From: Eledone cirrhosa
Lineage: Eukaryota
Assembly (NCBI GenBank): GCA_964016885.1
Contig: OZ024741.1
Span: forward strand, 74,152,001 to 74,216,000
DNA: 64,000 nt
Direction: 5' to 3'
Each line of letters begins with the position of its first letter. Positions within the stretch are counted from its first letter, which is position 1. Positions 13,526 to 25,580 of the stretch are shown in pieces. The notes under the pieces are model-generated. The model made no database searches. It saw only the letters and a program-made list of their open reading frames with translations, and was not told where the DNA came from. The position numbers were made by a program, and so were the translations under genes.

Positions 13526-15666
13526 CATATATATATAATTTGTTTATCCGAGTTGAGAGTGATGCCATGAAGAAAATTGTCTAAAAAAGTAAATAATGAC
13601 TATAGACATCAACTATTCAATACAGAATGTTTGTTTGGAATAGATGTGTGAGTCTCAGTCACAAATATGGTAGCCCCCATATACGAAAACATTCTATACA
13701 ATAATTGTATTAAAAAAATACTATTGCTCCATATTTAAAATATGAAAAGAATATTCTGAAATATTTCTTTAGGCAGAATAAAATAAGATAATATGATATC
13801 CAAAAGATATGTATGCAGTGTTTAATGCTGATGTATCTCATCAAAGATGCATAAAATCACACACATACATATCTTTTTAATGAGTTATTCTCACACACAC
13901 ACACATATATATATATATACATATATGTCTGAATTAGTTGAAACCTGTCAAGTTTGACTAAAAAGTTTCTCTATTTTATAATTTTATAAATTTCATAATT
14001 TTTGTATAACAAGAAAAAAATAGCAAATGTATTCACAGATTTCTTAAAATACGAACTGATAGCTGATGGTGATTCAAATTCATAATTTGATAAAAATATC
14101 ATATTGTACCCTATCTATTAATGTCTATGAGCATTAAAAAACAACAACAAAAAAACTTAACAAGGCCCAAGATTACTGGGATTGAATTTGGTCAATGAAT
14201 ATAGGTAGGAATTTTTTCTCTGAAAATTTGACTGTATAAGGACTGCTCTAGTTAGACATACCATCTTTAAATTACATCATTGTTATTTATTTAAAAAATC
14301 ATTACAGCTTAGAATATCAATTATCATTTCCTTATTATCAAAACAATTAAAGAAACATATAGGCAGCGGTGGGAACATTTCCAATCTGAACAGCTACATT
14401 TAGCAAAATAATGATAATAATAATAATTGAGACTATAGAAAAAAAGAATAAAACATGAATTTAGCTAACTTTTGTCTTAGTCAATGTGATTTTTGGCTTT
14501 GAATCTTATCTGAAATTGCTTCAAATATTTGGGCTATAAGTTGTGGCAAAAATTTTATGTAAAACAAAATAAATTTCAGAATGCTTAAAAGCAACTTAAG
14601 ATAGGCTAAAGAGCTGTCACATGTGACTCCAGACTTATAGGTTCCTGACCCCAATATATAGAAATTCTTAGTAATTAGTAAGGTTATTTTTGTATTGATT
14701 TGTGAATAAAGTATAATATATACATATATACACACACACATATATATATATATTATTGTTTGTTAAAAGAAAATTTGAAATACTAGTTAGGTAACTTTTT
14801 ATAAAAAAATATAAAATAAAACTTTGTTTACAAAGAATATTATCTAATAATGAAGGGAAACAAATGATAAAAACTGAAATTGAAAATTGAAACATTAAAG
14901 GAATAATAATGATAACACACTCCTTAACAGAAATAAAAAAAAAAAAATAACAAAACATATTTTGCTCGGTTTGCTGATAAAATATTATAAACTGAAATAT
15001 CATTTTGACGAAAGTATTACATACAAGATATATACTAAATGAAGAATTATGAAAAAAAAACAAACAAAAAACAAACGAGATTTTAAAAATTTGAAGGCTT
15101 TTGACATCACAGACTCATGGCATATTACTAAGGGCTTAAAGGGAAGAATGACAGAAACAGAATAACAGAGTTATTTAATTAGCTCAGCATTAAAATAGGG
15201 GCTGGGGGTTATTTTTTAAGTATTATATTCTGTGAAAAAACTAATAGATTTAGAGAGGAGTAATAACACTTTTCCTTATTTGCCAATCAGCAATTGAAAT
15301 GAGTTGCAATGTATTGTATTGTATATCTGTAGTAAGGATAATGGTATGGTGTGGTATATCATAACATACAATACCATTGTTATTGTGTAGCAGCAAGTAA
15401 TAGATTATTGTTGTTAATTGTATCATTGTATCATTAAACAGCAAGTGACCAGCAGCTTAACTTAATGTCAGCTGATTCTAACCATCAGAGTCACAGAGAG
15501 AGGGGGAAGAGTGAGTGAGAGAGTGTGAGAGGAAGGGTGTGAGTGAGAGGGAGTGTGGTAGAGAATATGTTGCAGTTGTTAATTGATAACGAGGGGAAAG
15601 TGGGGGTTTTTACAGCTTCTCTCTGTGTAAGATGAAAACCATACCAGCCACAAAATCTTTACATTT

Positions 15667-15719
15667 CTATACAGCAGTTTCTTGGTCTTCAGAAACCACG
15701 AGCTGAAAATGCTCTTTAC
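15667..15719 (-). CDS. DGKZ: DGK last coding exon with PDZ-binding C-terminus
   Basis: tacag|GT AAA...GTA TAG. Encodes SKEHFQLVVSEDQETAV*. EDQETAV matches the DGKZ C-terminus. Confidence 0.96.
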
Positions 15720-16014
15720 CTGTAAAACATTCATGAAACATAATTATTACAATAGAATAACATTTATTTTAAAAACATAAATGAAACATAATTATTATAG
15801 TGGAACATCATTTATAGGTAAAACATACAAAATAATAATTACAATGGAATGGTCTAAACCTGCAAAATATACAAGAAACAAAATCAAGCATGATTTGAAC
15901 TGGAAATGAGTGCCTTGAAACAAATAACACCGAATTTAATCTGATGTTCTACCAGCTCTGCCAATTTGCCACCCATACACTATATATATATATATATATA
16001 CACCATATATAGCT

Positions 16015-16603
16015 TGATTGATGATGCGTGCAACCAGTTTAGTGCCTACGTCCCCTGATGCCTTCATCATCTCAGCAACTATCCTCAACGGTCCAGCGGC
16101 CTTACCATTTTTCATTTCCTTAATCGCCTCTTGGACCCTATATTCGTCAATCTCAATAGCTGGTCCCTCTGTCGGATCTACTGAGGGTAATTTCTCTCTC
16201 TCCCATTAGTTCACCACATTCAGCAGTCTCTCATAATGACATTTCCAGGCCTCCTTTTTCTGATCATTCGTGACACTAAGTACACCGGCATCATTCCGGA
16301 CACATTTATCTCCAACAACATCCTGACACACTGCCTTACAATGCGGAACACTGCACGTCTCTGATCTTCTCGTCGCAGAACATTGGCAAATCTCCTACTC
16401 TCAGTCTCCCTGCGTGCTAAGTACACCTGACGTCTAACTTCTTTCTTAGCGACTGTATATCCTTCTCTACTCCCACCATTTTTCTAAGCATTCCATGCTA
16501 GTCTTTTGTCTCTAATGGCCCTATCTACCGTGCTGTTCCACCACCAGGTCACTCTCTGTCTAGTTGGAACTCTGCTCCAGCCACAAGTTTCTTCAGTAGC
16601 CTG
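16015..16603 (-). mobile_element. Internal RTE LINE fragment (EN-RT linker), disrupted
   Basis: Encodes ETCGWSRVPTRQRVTWWWN and RRFANVLRREDQRRAVFRIVRQCV. Homologous to about 27150-27740. Confidence 0.88.
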
Positions 16604-16616
16604 CATACATATACAC

Positions 16617-16685
<69 letters not shown>

Positions 16686-16768
16686 ATAATAATAAATTTG
16701 AAGACTAAAATCCAAAGAGGGCTCGATAAGGATAAATATATATCAAATATATAAGAACCATAGAGCAA

Positions 16769-16954
16769 ATATTTATTAAAATAACAGATTAAAGTTTAAG
16801 CAAAGAATCGCTGCTTTCACCCTTACCGGTTGCAACGTTTTTTGAAATATTCAATTCTGCGTTCACAGATTGACTTTGTTAGTTTCAGAAGATCCCGTTA
16901 AGGGTGAAAACAGCGATTCTTTGCTTAAACTTTAATCGGTTATTTTAATAAATA
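16769..16954. repeat. Inverted repeat (~57 bp arms) with decayed hammerhead-like motif, Penelope-like relic
   Basis: ATTTATTAAAATAACAGATTAAAGTTTAAGCAAAGAATCGCTGCTTTCACCCTTA recurs in reverse complement at 16898-16954. Confidence 0.7.
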
Positions 16955-16967
16955 TATATATATACAC

Positions 16968-17666
16968 ATCATCATAATCGTTTAATGTCCATCTTCCACG
17001 CTAGCATGGGTTAGATGGTTTTGTTCCATTTGATGTGGGAATAGTCGGGAGATCGTGTCTCACTCGTATGTACATGTCTCTGGCAGGTTTTTTACAGCTG
17101 GATGCCCTTCCTAACACCAACCACATTTACAGTGTGGACTGGGAGCCTTTTTTTTACCATGTCTCCTACAGGGCCACCTTACAGTGTGGACTGTTGTGTC
17201 ATCGACACAGTGGACAGAACGGAAAAGAGAGAATGGGGTAGTGTGTGTGGGGTAGGGTGCACATTGGGTTAAGAGGTGTCTACTCACTGTAGGTTTGTAT
17301 GCAATGGCAGTCAGGTCTTCTGTACAACTGCATGGCACCAAAGATCTCGATCCAGTGTCATTGTCTTAGAGAGGTGTAAGTGAGCATGGTCAGTTTGTAT
17401 CACCTTGTCCCAGGTTTTTATTGGTCTACCCACTCCGTAGCTTCCATCAATTTTCATTGCCCTGCACTTTTTTATACAGCTGTCGTCTTTTATACGCATC
17501 ACATGTCCATACCAACGCAATCTCCTCTACAGAACACAACATTTGATACCTCTTATGCTTAGTCTCTCTCTCAATTCGTTTATGCTTTGCCGTTCACGCA
17601 CATTACTATTACACATCCACCGGAGCATGCAAGCTTCATTTCTTTCTAATCTATGCAGGTCTTCAG

Positions 17667-17668
<2 letters not shown>
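16968..17668 (-). mobile_element. 5'-truncated RTE LINE 3' end
   Basis: Encodes EDLHRLERNEACMLRWMC...RWYGHVMRI...GRPIKTW, with the shared 3' UTR and a (CAT)n tail on the plus strand. Confidence 0.9.
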
Positions 17669-17720
<52 letters not shown>

Positions 17721-17724
17721 TATA

Positions 17725-18375
17725 GGTATTAAGGTGCAAATTAATTGCTTCCATAGGTGGTATGTCAAATAAGTACTCGGTGCTCTTGGGGAGCAGAGTA
17801 TCAATAATATTGATATATAAGGGAACAAAGAATCACTGTTGCATCATATACATATTTAATTACACATTACATATGTTTCACTGTTGATCAGCTTGAGGAA
17901 TGATCTATTAATGATTGAACCTGACTCTTGAATCGGAAGCTGCAATAAGTGTGTGAATCTGTATATGGCACCTAAATCTTGTAAGAGAGTAGCATCAGCT
18001 GCTTTCTTGATTGCCTGTGCTACTTTCATGTCATCGGCATAGGTTGTGAGGGAGGGCATGTATTGAGAGAGCCACCACAAACAGTAGTGGCCCCAATAAC
18101 AAGTGATGTGCTCTGGGTCACACCACTTGTTATTGACATTTCCTTCAAGAGGGCCCTATTGGCTGCAACAGTCTGGCTTCTGTCTTTTAAGAAGTCATGA
18201 AGCCATTCATCTAGTTTTCCAGCTATGCCAAAGCTATGTAGTTTGTGACATATCATTCCATGATCAGGCCTTTGCAAAGTCGAGATATATCACATGTACG
18301 CTTGAGTGGCCTAGCAGCTATTTGATTATCCAGTCATAATGCTAGAAGAGCTGTGTATGATAACTTGTACCCAGG
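17725..18375 (-). mobile_element. CR1/L2-type LINE reverse transcriptase relic
   Basis: Encodes IYLDFAKA, KLHSFGIAGKLDEWLHDFLKDRSQTV, SGVTQ and YADD motifs, with frameshifts. Confidence 0.85.
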
Positions 18376-18742
18376 CGGGTGAAGCCACAGCAGGAACTAA
18401 AACTTAACCAGAAAACTGTCTTAATTTTTTCCACATAGATGTTGGTATATACATATATTAATATATATAACATGCATACATGCATGCATAATATACATGC
18501 ATGCATAATATATATAACATGCAAACACATACATGCATATATGTATATATACACAAAGATCGGGGAGTTAGCCGCCAGTTTTTAACTATACAGATGATGA
18601 TGATGATAGATAAAATTATTATTATCATCTCTCTTTCAACAATCTTTCCCCCCCTCTTTTCATCATTCCTTCCCACTCTCCTCCCGCTATGTGACTTCTG
18701 GTCACTAACTATTTCACCTTGTCACACACACACACACAAATA

Positions 18743-18775
<33 letters not shown>

Positions 18776-18878
18776 GAATGTATGTATAGTATATTTGGCA
18801 ATATACTGTATGTTTAATTAAAAACATTTAGAAGACCATTCGCTATGAATGTTAAAGTAGTGACTATGTCACTTACTT

Positions 18879-18976
18879 ATTCTCGGCAAAAACAACAGAG
18901 AGTGGCTGACAGACAGTCTGTTTCTCGCTTGTGAGCGTTTATCAAGACCACACACTCAGTTGCCTTTGCCGAGAAT
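18879..18976 (-). ncRNA. Type I hammerhead ribozyme-like motif, variant or decayed
   Basis: Minus strand: GUGGUC UUGAUAA A-CGCU-CACA-AGCG-A GAAA CAGACUGUCUG UC AGCCAC, enclosed by a long imperfect stem I (AUUCUCGGCAAA / UUUGCCGAGAAU). Confidence 0.6.
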
Positions 18977-19127
18977 TATAAAGGCTGGATTCTTATAGAA
19001 TTCCAGTAATAATCAGGAGCTGATTCAACAGAGCGATTGCCAGTGTGTGTGCATATATATAATATATATATATATACATATATATATACATACATACATA
19101 CACACACACACACGTGTGTGTGTGTGC

Positions 19128-19193
<66 letters not shown>

Positions 19194-20396
19194 CATACAC
19201 ACACACACATGTGAGTGTGTGTTCTGCTCTAACATATTTAGTACATAACTTACACGGATTTCTTCCATTACACACCACCTATACACATCTCTAGACACAC
19301 TGTTATGTATTATATATATATATATATAAAATATATATACATAAGCTATTAAGTTAGACATGGCCTGAGCCAATACTGGCCGAAAAGTTAAGACTAGTGC
19401 CCCAAAAGACTTTTATTACTATATTAACCATGAAGCTAATATATTTCTTCATTTTCTGTTAACTTTTCACATATACATATACATATTATAGGTGGCAAGA
19501 GTCGTTAGAATATTGGACAGAATGCTTCGTAGAATTTTTTCCAGCTCTGCTCTCAGTTCAAATCTCACCAAGTTATGGGTTCCTGTATGCATATATATTT
19601 GCAGAAAAACTTGTTTTTTGTGTGCCTGTCTACCACTTCCGCTATGTCTGTTACAAGAAATTATGTATTACACGGTGTAAGTATTAAGCCAGAAATCAAG
19701 TTGCATCAGTACAAATTCAAAATACAAGCACGACCAAAGTGTAATGTTTATTATTTTAAGCAATTCATTATTTAGTTATCAATAATATACAAACACACAC
19801 ATATTTCACTTTTTGGTAAAAACCTGCTATAGTTAATTCTTTCCTCATTGTACCAACACTTAAACAAATGCATGGAGAAATGAATTGAACTGATAATTTC
19901 AAACATATTGAAATATTTACCTTTTAAATAATAATTTTTAATTTAATAACAAGGCCAACAATTTTATCATTATTTTTTTTTTGAGGGACGAGCACTCCAG
20001 TAATTGACTGGTACATTATTTTATCAACCTCAGAAAATTGAAAGGCAAAGTTGACTAACAGGAACCGAATTCAATATAATAACCAAATATTACAAAGTAT
20101 TTTGTCCAACTCTCTAATAATTTTGTTAATAGGCCATATTTTAAAACTCTTTTTGAATTATATTGTATTTACAGTTAATCCTTTTGGTATTAACCCAATC
20201 AAAACTGGCTCTCGTTCTATGAAACAAAACCACCAATTACAAAGGGCTACATAGATTTTTATAAAAAAAGCATTTTGTTATGTTACAAATGCCAACTTAG
20301 TAATGAAATGATAAATTTATTAAATTCCTCAAAATTCTTCATTAATTAATTGAAATATAGTCTAAAGTGTTAAATAAAAGAAATAGAAATACTTAC

Positions 20397-20460
20397 TTTT
20401 TAAATAGTTTGCCAGCTCTATGTCATTAGCCAGCAGAGCTTGCTGCCTTGGGCTTTGTCC
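20397..20460 (-). CDS. DGKZ: DGK exon 11 of 12
   Basis: aacag|...|gtaagt. Encodes GQSPRQQALLANDIELANYLK. 64 nt, phase 0 to 1. Confidence 0.94.
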
Positions 20461-20667
20461 CTGTTGAATAAAGGAATTGATTTAAATTATTATAATAGCT
20501 ATTATAAGATGATGAGGATGATGGAAATAAAACCAGTGATGAATGTGAAGAAAATTGAAATGAGATGGATGGATCATGTGTTGAAGAAGGATGAATGCAA
20601 CTGAATAAGAGTGATAACGAAGCTTGTCATAGGGTCCATAAGGTTAAATTGCTTTTTGTTGTATTAT

Positions 20668-21045
20668 AATAATTGTTTCTACTTTTGGCACAAGGCCAAC
20701 AAATACCCAGTGCATTACTGGTACTTTATTTTATCGATCCCGTAAGGATGAAAGGCAAAGTTAACCTCGGCGGGATTTGAACTCAGAATGGCAAGGGCCG
20801 TAACTCTATACGTCAAAGCATGGCATCCGACCCTCTACCGATACTGCCAATTATAATAATTATTTCTACTTTAGGCACAAGGCCAGCAATTACCCAGTAC
20901 ATTACTGGTACTTTATTTTATCGACCCCGTAAGGATGAAAGGCAAAGTTAACCTCGGCGGGATTTGAACTCAGAATGGCAAGGGACGTAACTCTATGCTG
21001 CAAAGCATGGCGTCCGACCCTCTACCGATACTGCCAATCCACCGA
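20668..21045 (-). mobile_element. Tandem dimer of tRNA-derived SINE
   Basis: Two ~185 bp units with minus-strand B box GAGTTCAAATCC and body CCGAGGTTAACTTTGCCTTTCATCC...AAAATAAAGTACCAG. Confidence 0.85.
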
Positions 21046-21735
21046 ATTATAATAATGAGGGATAGAGAGAGATGGAGAGGGAAACAGTGATAGAGGGAGA
21101 GACAGAAAGCGAAAGAATGAAATATATGTTACATTACAATACTGACTTCTATCTAAAAACCAGCCAACATAATTTTGTGTAAGAATCTTTTATTTAGTTT
21201 AATCATGAGAAAGCTAGTTATATTACTCAATCTCTCCAAATTCTTGATTGTTTTAAAGACCATTTGAAAATCATTGGCAGCATTTTTTAATAGAACTATG
21301 GCAAGAAATGAGTTAAAGTGTTTATATACATAAAAAAAAACTTCCATCACAAGTTTAATAATCTGAAAGTTAGTTATACTGCTAAATCCTTTAAAACTCT
21401 TGATTATTTTCAAATTTGTTTGAAAAATTGTTGGCAGTGTCTTTCATTAGAAATATGTTGATGGTCATATATACATGTGTGAGGAGTATTAAATGTATTT
21501 GTTTTTTTTTTTATCAAATAATATTTTATCTTATTATATATGTGATTAACATCTTATAAATTATATGTTGTATATGTTTTCTAAAAGAAACAAGTCAACA
21601 ACTGAAATTCAGAAAGAAAGAAAAAATGGTAAAAACATATACATTCAATTACGCACTAAAACAGGGAATACTAGTGTTGCCTTCTTAAACTTTTTGAAGC
21701 AAGGAATAAAAATTGCGGAAGAAATGGTGATTTAC

Positions 21736-21835
21736 CTGAAAATCTGTCTGAGTTAGTGAGGCTCCTGCTTCAACTAACAGATAGCAGATTGCCCGGTACT
21801 GGCAGCGGGCAGCTCTATGCAAAGCAGTTTGACCT
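21736..21835 (-). CDS. DGKZ: DGK exon 10 of 12 (ankyrin repeat)
   Basis: tccag|...CAG|gtaaat. Encodes RGQTALHRAARCQYRAICYLLVEAGASLTQTDFQ. 100 nt, phase 2 to 0. Confidence 0.95.
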
Positions 21836-21944
21836 CTGGAAATAAAAACAATAACACACAAAAACAATAACCAAAAAAATCAGTTTGATATTAACATACT
21901 TTATAAAGAGTATTTTTAATACATCTTCCTTTAACTATTTCCAT

Positions 21945-22312
21945 TCATCATCATCACCGTTTTTCGTCCGTTCTTCCACGCTAGCATGGGTTAGACAGGT
22001 TGTCCTGTTGTGGGCAGTGCCTGGTCGGCTGACCATGCCTTGCTCATACAGGAACTGATTTGGCTTGATTTCTACAGCTGGATGCCCTTCCTAACACCAA
22101 CCTCATTTACAGTGAGTGCTGGGTGCTTTTTCGTGGCGCCTACACGTCCACTTTACAGTGTGGGCTGGGTGCTTTTTTGCCGTGGCACCTCCACGACCAC
22201 CTTGCAGTGGGAGGGTGTGGGGGTATATGCTTCAGCTTGTACCCATGGGAGGTCGGGTACTCTGTATTACTGCGTGACGCCAGAGGTCATGGTCGTGAAT
22301 GTGAAACTTTAG
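21945..22312 (-). mobile_element. RTE-related 3' UTR or non-autonomous element with (CAT)n tail
   Basis: Shares TACAGCTGGATGCCCTTCCTAACACCAACC and the CCACGCTAGCATGGGTTAGAC end with the RTE 3' UTRs. Confidence 0.7.
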
Positions 22313-23129
22313 TAGCAATAGTGTGATATATTAGATTTTAATAAATATATAATGCACCCAGTGTACTCTGTAATGTGATAGAGACAATTCTATAATAAAA
22401 TGCACACAATACACTCTGTAAAGTAGTAAGTAATACAGGGATCACAAAATTACACATCTAGTCCAATCTGTAAAGTGATAGTGCTGGTGCCATGATAAAA
22501 TGTACCCAGTATACTCTGTAAAGTGGTTGGCATTAGGGAGGGCATAGAAACAAAATGGAACATTTAGCAATTCTTGGTTCTCTGACCTGTCTAGTTTCAG
22601 ACCATGACAAGCCATCAAACTCATGCCAGCATGAAAAATAGACGTAAAATAATGACAATCATGATTATAAACCATAGCATATGCATTGAGTACTTTTCCT
22701 CATGTTTGTAATCCCAAACACAAATGCATATATATGTACACTTACGCACTTCATGTTTCTGATGAAAGAGACACTCAAACAGCAAAATAAAATTATGACT
22801 ACTACTAGAGACACACCATATAGCTTACAAAACATACAATACTTGCAGAGAAAACCAACATCCACCACAAACAAACTCTTCTATTACATCATCTTATATA
22901 AAATAAAAATAATAAAAGATACCCTGGTACAAAGATATCATACTTCATCAGACTGTAGCTGTCACCATCTCCCAGTTTTTATTATATCTGTGGCAACCAG
23001 ACTATCTGCAACATAAGCTCTGGGGGATACTTATGCTCTATACCTCCACAACCTTTCCAAATATTTATTAAACACTTTAAGACAAATTCCATTTTATACT
23101 TTGTTGTTACATTTACTCTTTAATTCACA

Positions 23130-23986
23130 ATACAATTGCAAGGGAAATGGCCATGTTCGATATGCAGAAAAGGAACTGGCATAAATTCTATAAAATGCAC
23201 ACAATGCAGGTCCTGGGTACACAAGAGATGTAGCGGGATAGCAGGCAAACTAACAGGTAGGGAGAAATATGTATGCAGTAGATGTACAGGGAAATTAGAC
23301 AGTAGAAGTCGCACTGATAGACACATTTTTCAAATGCGAGAGGGTGCTATAGAAGTGGTGGATAGCTTCCGGTACCTAGGAGATCAGATTAGCATGGGAG
23401 GAGGGTGTTCCGAGGCCATAGTATCTAGAATAAGGACGGGTTGGAAGAAGTTTAGGGAGCTGCTTCCTCTGTTGACGAAGAAGGGTTTCTCCCTGCGTAC
23501 GAAAGGCCGGTTGTATGATACCTGTGTGAGGAGCGCGATGCTGCATGGTAGTGAGACATGGGCAGCAACCGCAGAGGATATGCGACGGCTGGAGAGAAAT
23601 GAGGCAAGCATGCTCCGTTGGATGTGCAGTGTAAATGTGCGTGAACGACCCAGCATAAATGTGTTGAGAGAGAAACTGTGTCTGAGAGGGATAGAATGTA
23701 GTGTACGGGAGAGGAGACTGAGGTGGTATGGACATGTGATGCGCATGGAGGATGACCGATGGGTGAAGAAGTGCCAGGAAATGCCAGTTGAGGGAAGACG
23801 TGGTAGAGGTAGACCACAAAAAACATGGGCGGAGATGGTGAGAACAGACCTCAGATCATTGAAGCTCACGGTGGAGATGACGAGGGACCGTGACGAGTGG
23901 AGAGATGCTGTGCTGAATAAGACCCGTCCCACCCTTGCAAGCAGGGAAAAGCGGACGTAAAATGATGATGATGATGATGATGATGA
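23130..23986 (+). mobile_element. 5'-truncated RTE LINE with open 274-aa C-terminal frame and (TGA)n tail
   Basis: ORF 23136-23960 has a Cys/His finger, FRYLG, MLHGSETW, RLRWYGHV and GRPQKTW. Near-identical shorter copy at about 35190-35530. Tail remnant at about 60297-60366 on the minus strand. Confidence 0.93.
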
Positions 23987-23996
23987 TATACACACA

Positions 23997-24075
23997 TACA
24001 AGGTGTCCTCCAAAATGTATACACACTTCAATAGTATTCTAATGAATATGTGTATACATTTTTGGGACACTCTGT
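23997..24075. mobile_element. Very short Tc1/mariner-type MITE
   Basis: TA-CAAGGTGTCCTCCAAAATGTATACAC ... GTGTATACATTTTTGGGACACTCTG-TA. A related end is at 62951. Confidence 0.6.
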
Positions 24076-24112
24076 ATATATATATATATATACACAAACC
24101 AGACACACTTAC

Positions 24113-24149
24113 CTTTCATAATCTACTTTATCTAGTATCACAGGTGGGG
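24113..24149 (-). CDS. DGKZ: DGK exon 9 of 12
   Basis: ttcag|...AG|gtaagt. Encodes APPVILDKVDYE (cf. APPEILDAVEE). 37 nt, phase 1 to 2. Confidence 0.92.
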
Positions 24150-25066
24150 CTGAAATAGAATTTAAAAAAATATATATAGATAGAACTAAGGCTTCATAAA
24201 ACATATTTTATTCATATACTTTAAACAATGATTTCTAGTATAGGCACAAGGCCAGTAATTTTATCGACTTTATTTTATCAACCCTATAAGGATGAAAGGC
24301 AAAGTTAATCTCGGCGGGATTTGAACTCAGACCGTAATGGGCCGTAACTCCATGCTGTCCGATCTGCCAATCCACAACAATAGTAATAATTATCTAGGTT
24401 TTTACTTCCCCAATAACCCCTTTTGATACAAAGCCATTTCATTTGAAACTACTCTTGGTTCAACTATACAAAACTGTGTTTTAAAGACTTTATATGTATC
24501 AAAAAACATCCCATCATAATTTTATGTAAGAACCTTTGTTAAGTTATTCACCAAACATGAGTTCAATAATGAGAAATATTACTAAATCCCCACAAATTAT
24601 TTATTTTCAAAATAATTTGAAAAATTATAGGCAGTGTGTTTCATTAGAAATATGGCAAAGGAAATAGTAAGCTTTTTTCAATATCAATCAAACTGATACA
24701 GCCTCTTGTTCTATGATACATTTCTCATTTTATATACTTTCATGACCATTTTAAACTTATGTGTTTCAATCAATTTTGAATATAATGAAGAATTTAGTAA
24801 ATTAACACCACCTGGTGTTTAAAACATAACTGAACAAATGTTCTTGGATACATTTATAATAAAAAAATTAAATTTACATATGGATAGTTTAAAAGAGACA
24901 GGTTCATTTCATTGAACCAGGGATGGTCTTAGGCTAGTTTGTATCAAAAGAGTCTAATGTGTTAATTAAAACTCTACATAATTTTATGTAAGAATGTCTG
25001 TGGGAAGAATTGTTTATGAAAGACATAAACTAACATTTCTCCTAGCTATAAACATTTCAATGAACG

Positions 25067-25412
25067 ATGTGTTGAACAATGAAAACAAAAGGCAAAATTT
25101 AGTTCTTAATTAATTCCTTGTTTTATGATCATTTCAAAGGGTTGATTAACCATGATAAATTTATATAGTGACTAATCCATAGTAGTTATGATACTATAGA
25201 TCTATCTCACCATCTTCAGAAACAAAGATTGTTTCTGATGAAAATAGTGAGATAGATTTATAGTATCGAGACTAATAATATGAATTTGCATAACTACAAT
25301 GGATTAATCACTATATTGATTTATCATGCTCAATAAACCTTTTGAAGCGATTGTAAAACAATGAAGTAATTAAGCCCTAAATTTCACATTTTGATTTCAT
25401 TGTTCAACATAT
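25067..25412. repeat. Old fold-back inverted repeat, ~155-180 bp arms
   Basis: TGTTGAACAATGAAA...CTATCTCAC..TCAGAAACAA is mirrored by TTGTTTCTGA..GTGAGATAG...TTTCATTGTTCAACA. Confidence 0.8.
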
Positions 25413-25580
25413 ATATGACTCTGTAGCTTGTTTGAATGCTCAACAAAATTCAATATGATGATAGCATACTACAAAAGCAAAAACTCTCATCACCTGATCT
25501 CATTGAAATTTTTACTTCCATACTATATGGAGTCCTAACATACTGACAGGTAGATACCAGTGTGTGTGTGTATATATATA

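Noticed and set aside
12936-13584. Many YIYI/CVCV ORFs (also near 10216, 18976 and 29622)
   Set aside because: These are translations of (TA)n, (CA)n and (TG)n microsatellites, not genes.
19360-19400. CTGAGCCAATACTGGCCGAAA, a possible further hammerhead remnant
   Set aside because: The core lacks the NGA segment, and stems I and III cannot be built.
23376-24106. Long minus-strand ORFs of 124-240 aa
   Set aside because: These are antisense shadows of the RTE LINE ORF.
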